Positions 61,060 through 64,000 of a stretch of DNA of 64,000 nt are shown here, one piece after another. Position numbers and translations under genes: made by a program. Every line of letters starts with the position of its first letter. The stretch's first letter is position 1. Location: NCBI GenBank assembly GCA_964035545.1, contig OZ037767.1, positions 3,297,680 through 3,361,679 on the forward strand, read 5' to 3'. This DNA comes from Bugula neritina. Taxonomy: Eukaryota; Animalia; Bryozoa. A model generated the notes under the pieces. The model was not told where the DNA came from and searched no databases. It worked only from the letters and a program-made list of their open reading frames with translations.

Positions 61060-61235
61060 ACTCCTAATATACCCCCTGCTATCTTATCTCCCTTCTTATC
61101 AGAACTAGTCATATGACTAGAGTGGGTAAGTTCTGGTCACATGAGAGGCGGCTGCATTCTTATCTCTGGTTATGAGAGGTTCAGCTCTTTCATCAGATAT
61201 CATCCAAAATACTCCGTTGTGGACACGTGCACTAA
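61060..61235 (-). promoter_or_regulatory. Putative cathepsin L promoter with GATA and MiT/TFE-type E-boxes
   Basis: Three GATAAG sites (CTTATC at ~61083, 61094, 61159), GTCACATGAG (~61136), CACGTG (~61224), upstream of a candidate noncoding exon with donor at ~60994. Confidence 0.45.
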
Positions 61236-62895
61236 ACGAAAAACAAGTCAGCAATAATTGAAATGTAATTAGTCACTACTAGGAACTGTGCGTATCACAT
61301 TGAAATAGATTCTATTTGGTGAACTTTTATCAGCTTTGTTTGCTGTTTCACTTGCAAGTTGCAACATCTTTGTTTTGTCAAGAGTTGTTGAAAAGTTGAT
61401 AAACAATATATTCTCAAACACATCACTTGAAATATCAAAGTTTATAAAAAGCAGGGAGTTAATAAAGTTATTACAATACTATTTTATTATTACATAATAT
61501 TTATCTGTATATTGAGAACCTGAATAGTACCCAAAAGTTCATTGGGAAAGTCATAAGTATTTGTTGGCGTTTCTTACAGTTCATTCACATGTAGGAGAAT
61601 GATAACCCGGAGTCTGCTATACTACTATTTATATCAAAACTAACATCGATGAGCATCTTCTTTGCTATTCTATAGTTCTGCTGCCCTGAATGCTGAATCT
61701 AGATTTGTAGGTGGTCCTAGTACAGGATCCTGAATGACGGAGTTATTGAGCTAATAAAGTAGAATAGTGGGTCTTAGAAGTTTGAAACCTCCAATTTCAG
61801 AGAGCTGTTTCATATTACTAGTTACTTTCTGCTAGTAAATGGCGATTAGACTTTTGAATTCGATAAGCATATCGCTCTCATTTTGTATGCGCCTTGTTTT
61901 TAGCAATAATTGGTTTACTAAATTTCTTCAGTAGAATAGTTAATTTTATATTTTGAAGCGTATAAATGGTAAATACAGCCATGCATTGTAAAGAAACTTT
62001 CTATGGCAAATGATATAACTATTTTTGGAAAAGAAGTTTGAATTCAGTCATGAAACGTGATTGCATATTTCGACTGCATGCGCCTATTCTCCAATATTTT
62101 ATTGGAGTCATCGATGCGAATTGGTAAAACACAGAGTATATCATATGTAGAGCGTATGATATGCAGAGTAGACAATATACAGAGAGTATTATAGAGTTGT
62201 TTGCTAGTTGCCTTTTAAGCCACTTCCACATAAATAGTCACATGTTATATATGTATAAATATATTATATGTTTATATTGTAGGCATATATGATAGTTATG
62301 CGTATTATATATGTTAAGTATATATATGTAAAGTTATTTGTGACACCACTTTGGGGTATTTTCGTCTTCCTATATTACGGAATGTGTTCTAAGTTTTATG
62401 ATGGTATGCAAAATGTAATTAGCGTGTAGTTGTAAAAGCTTCATTTTATCTTAAGTTATTTCTGCTAATGAAACTATTGGCAAGTCCATAGTGTGTAGCG
62501 TCCGTGCATATATTACTAATATAACTTTTGACTTGGACTTTAACGTTTGGTTTATTTTTATTTTAAACACAAAATTCTAAAAGAGAAATCTTTCTAAAAC
62601 TTACATAAATTGCAAATTATAACTAAAATTTAATTTCATTCGGAATGTATCGGTAAAGTGTTGTATTTTCTTATGTAGAACTTGTTATTAATATTTTATT
62701 CCGCTATTATATAGGTTAGTAATATTTATCATTGCTTTATTCCTGTTATGTAATACTATCTTAATACTTCTCTAACTAGAGAAGATTTTTGTGGCAGAAC
62801 AGTTGAATGCCCCTATACAAGTTATGAGGTCAGAAGGTAACCATGTGTTGTGGAGATCAGTTAGCATTGGTTTCCTCAACTCTTTAAGGGTGGGT

Positions 62896-62949
62896 CAAGA
62901 CCTAGCAGTGGGGAGTAGACCCTGGTCTACTCCCCACTGCTAGGTCTTG
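62896..62949. repeat. Perfect 26-bp inverted repeat with 2-nt loop
   Basis: CAAGACCTAGCAGTGGGGAGTAGACC-CT-GGTCTACTCCCCACTGCTAGGTCTTG. Confidence 0.95.
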
Positions 62950-63210
62950 CTTGTATCAGAACCTATTATCTAATGTGTATTGTTTTTTTTATATTATTGG
63001 CTACATTTATTTTGCCTTTTATGTTAATAATTTCATTTTTTATATCAAAAACTGAAGACTCAAATCAATCATTGATATTTCTTCAACAGTTTATTAGAAT
63101 AATATATTAAAATATAAAAAACTAGAATCTTAATTTCCTATAAATTAATAAATAAGGTTAGGTATATTGTTTGTGGTATTAGCACCATTGTTGAGTTGTG
63201 GGAGATGAGA

Positions 63211-63785
<575 letters not shown>

Positions 63786-64000
63786 CTGTAATTCATACAG
63801 TACTGTTAGTATAAGCTCACATTTCTCTGTAATATTTGAATATGAAATAATTCTGGAAGGGTTTTGCTAGCAAAGTAAAGGGCTTTCGGATTCCCTACCC
63901 GTAGGGAGTCTAAAAGCGTCCTAAATTATAGGGTTTTTAGAAAAGTGGTTTCTTTGTGGTGATAACTCTACTAATGATTCAAATGAGTTTTTGGTTTCTC

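Overview
AT-rich, intron-dense eukaryotic (invertebrate-like) genomic DNA; no prokaryotic features. Spliced genes reconstructed by hand from GT/GC-AG boundaries and protein motifs, left to right: AK7 (-), head-to-head with Rab1 (+); a near-perfect ~4 kb inverted pair of a Hydra-clade Penelope-like retroelement (RT + C-terminal GIY-YIG), inserted in (TA)n, each arm carrying a type I hammerhead ribozyme; a divergent Rab1 duplicate (+), absent from the ORF track, whose catalytic DTAGQ motif has become DTSGE; two tandem MCFD2-like EF-hand genes (+); HDHD2 (-); an ADF/cofilin gene (+); NOP53 (-) head-to-head with RBM34/Nop12 (+), which hosts an antisense tRNA-Ile(AAT) and a full-length decayed Tc1 transposon; and two tandem cathepsin L genes (-, the second cut by the window end). 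Also tRNA-derived SINEs, RTE, Gypsy and Tc1 relics and several minisatellites. Strongest leads: the ribozyme-bearing palindromic Penelope-like insertion with a readable insertion mechanism, and an intact, probably GTPase-impaired Rab1 paralog in a duplicated ER-Golgi trafficking block. All gene models are manual and unverified by transcripts.
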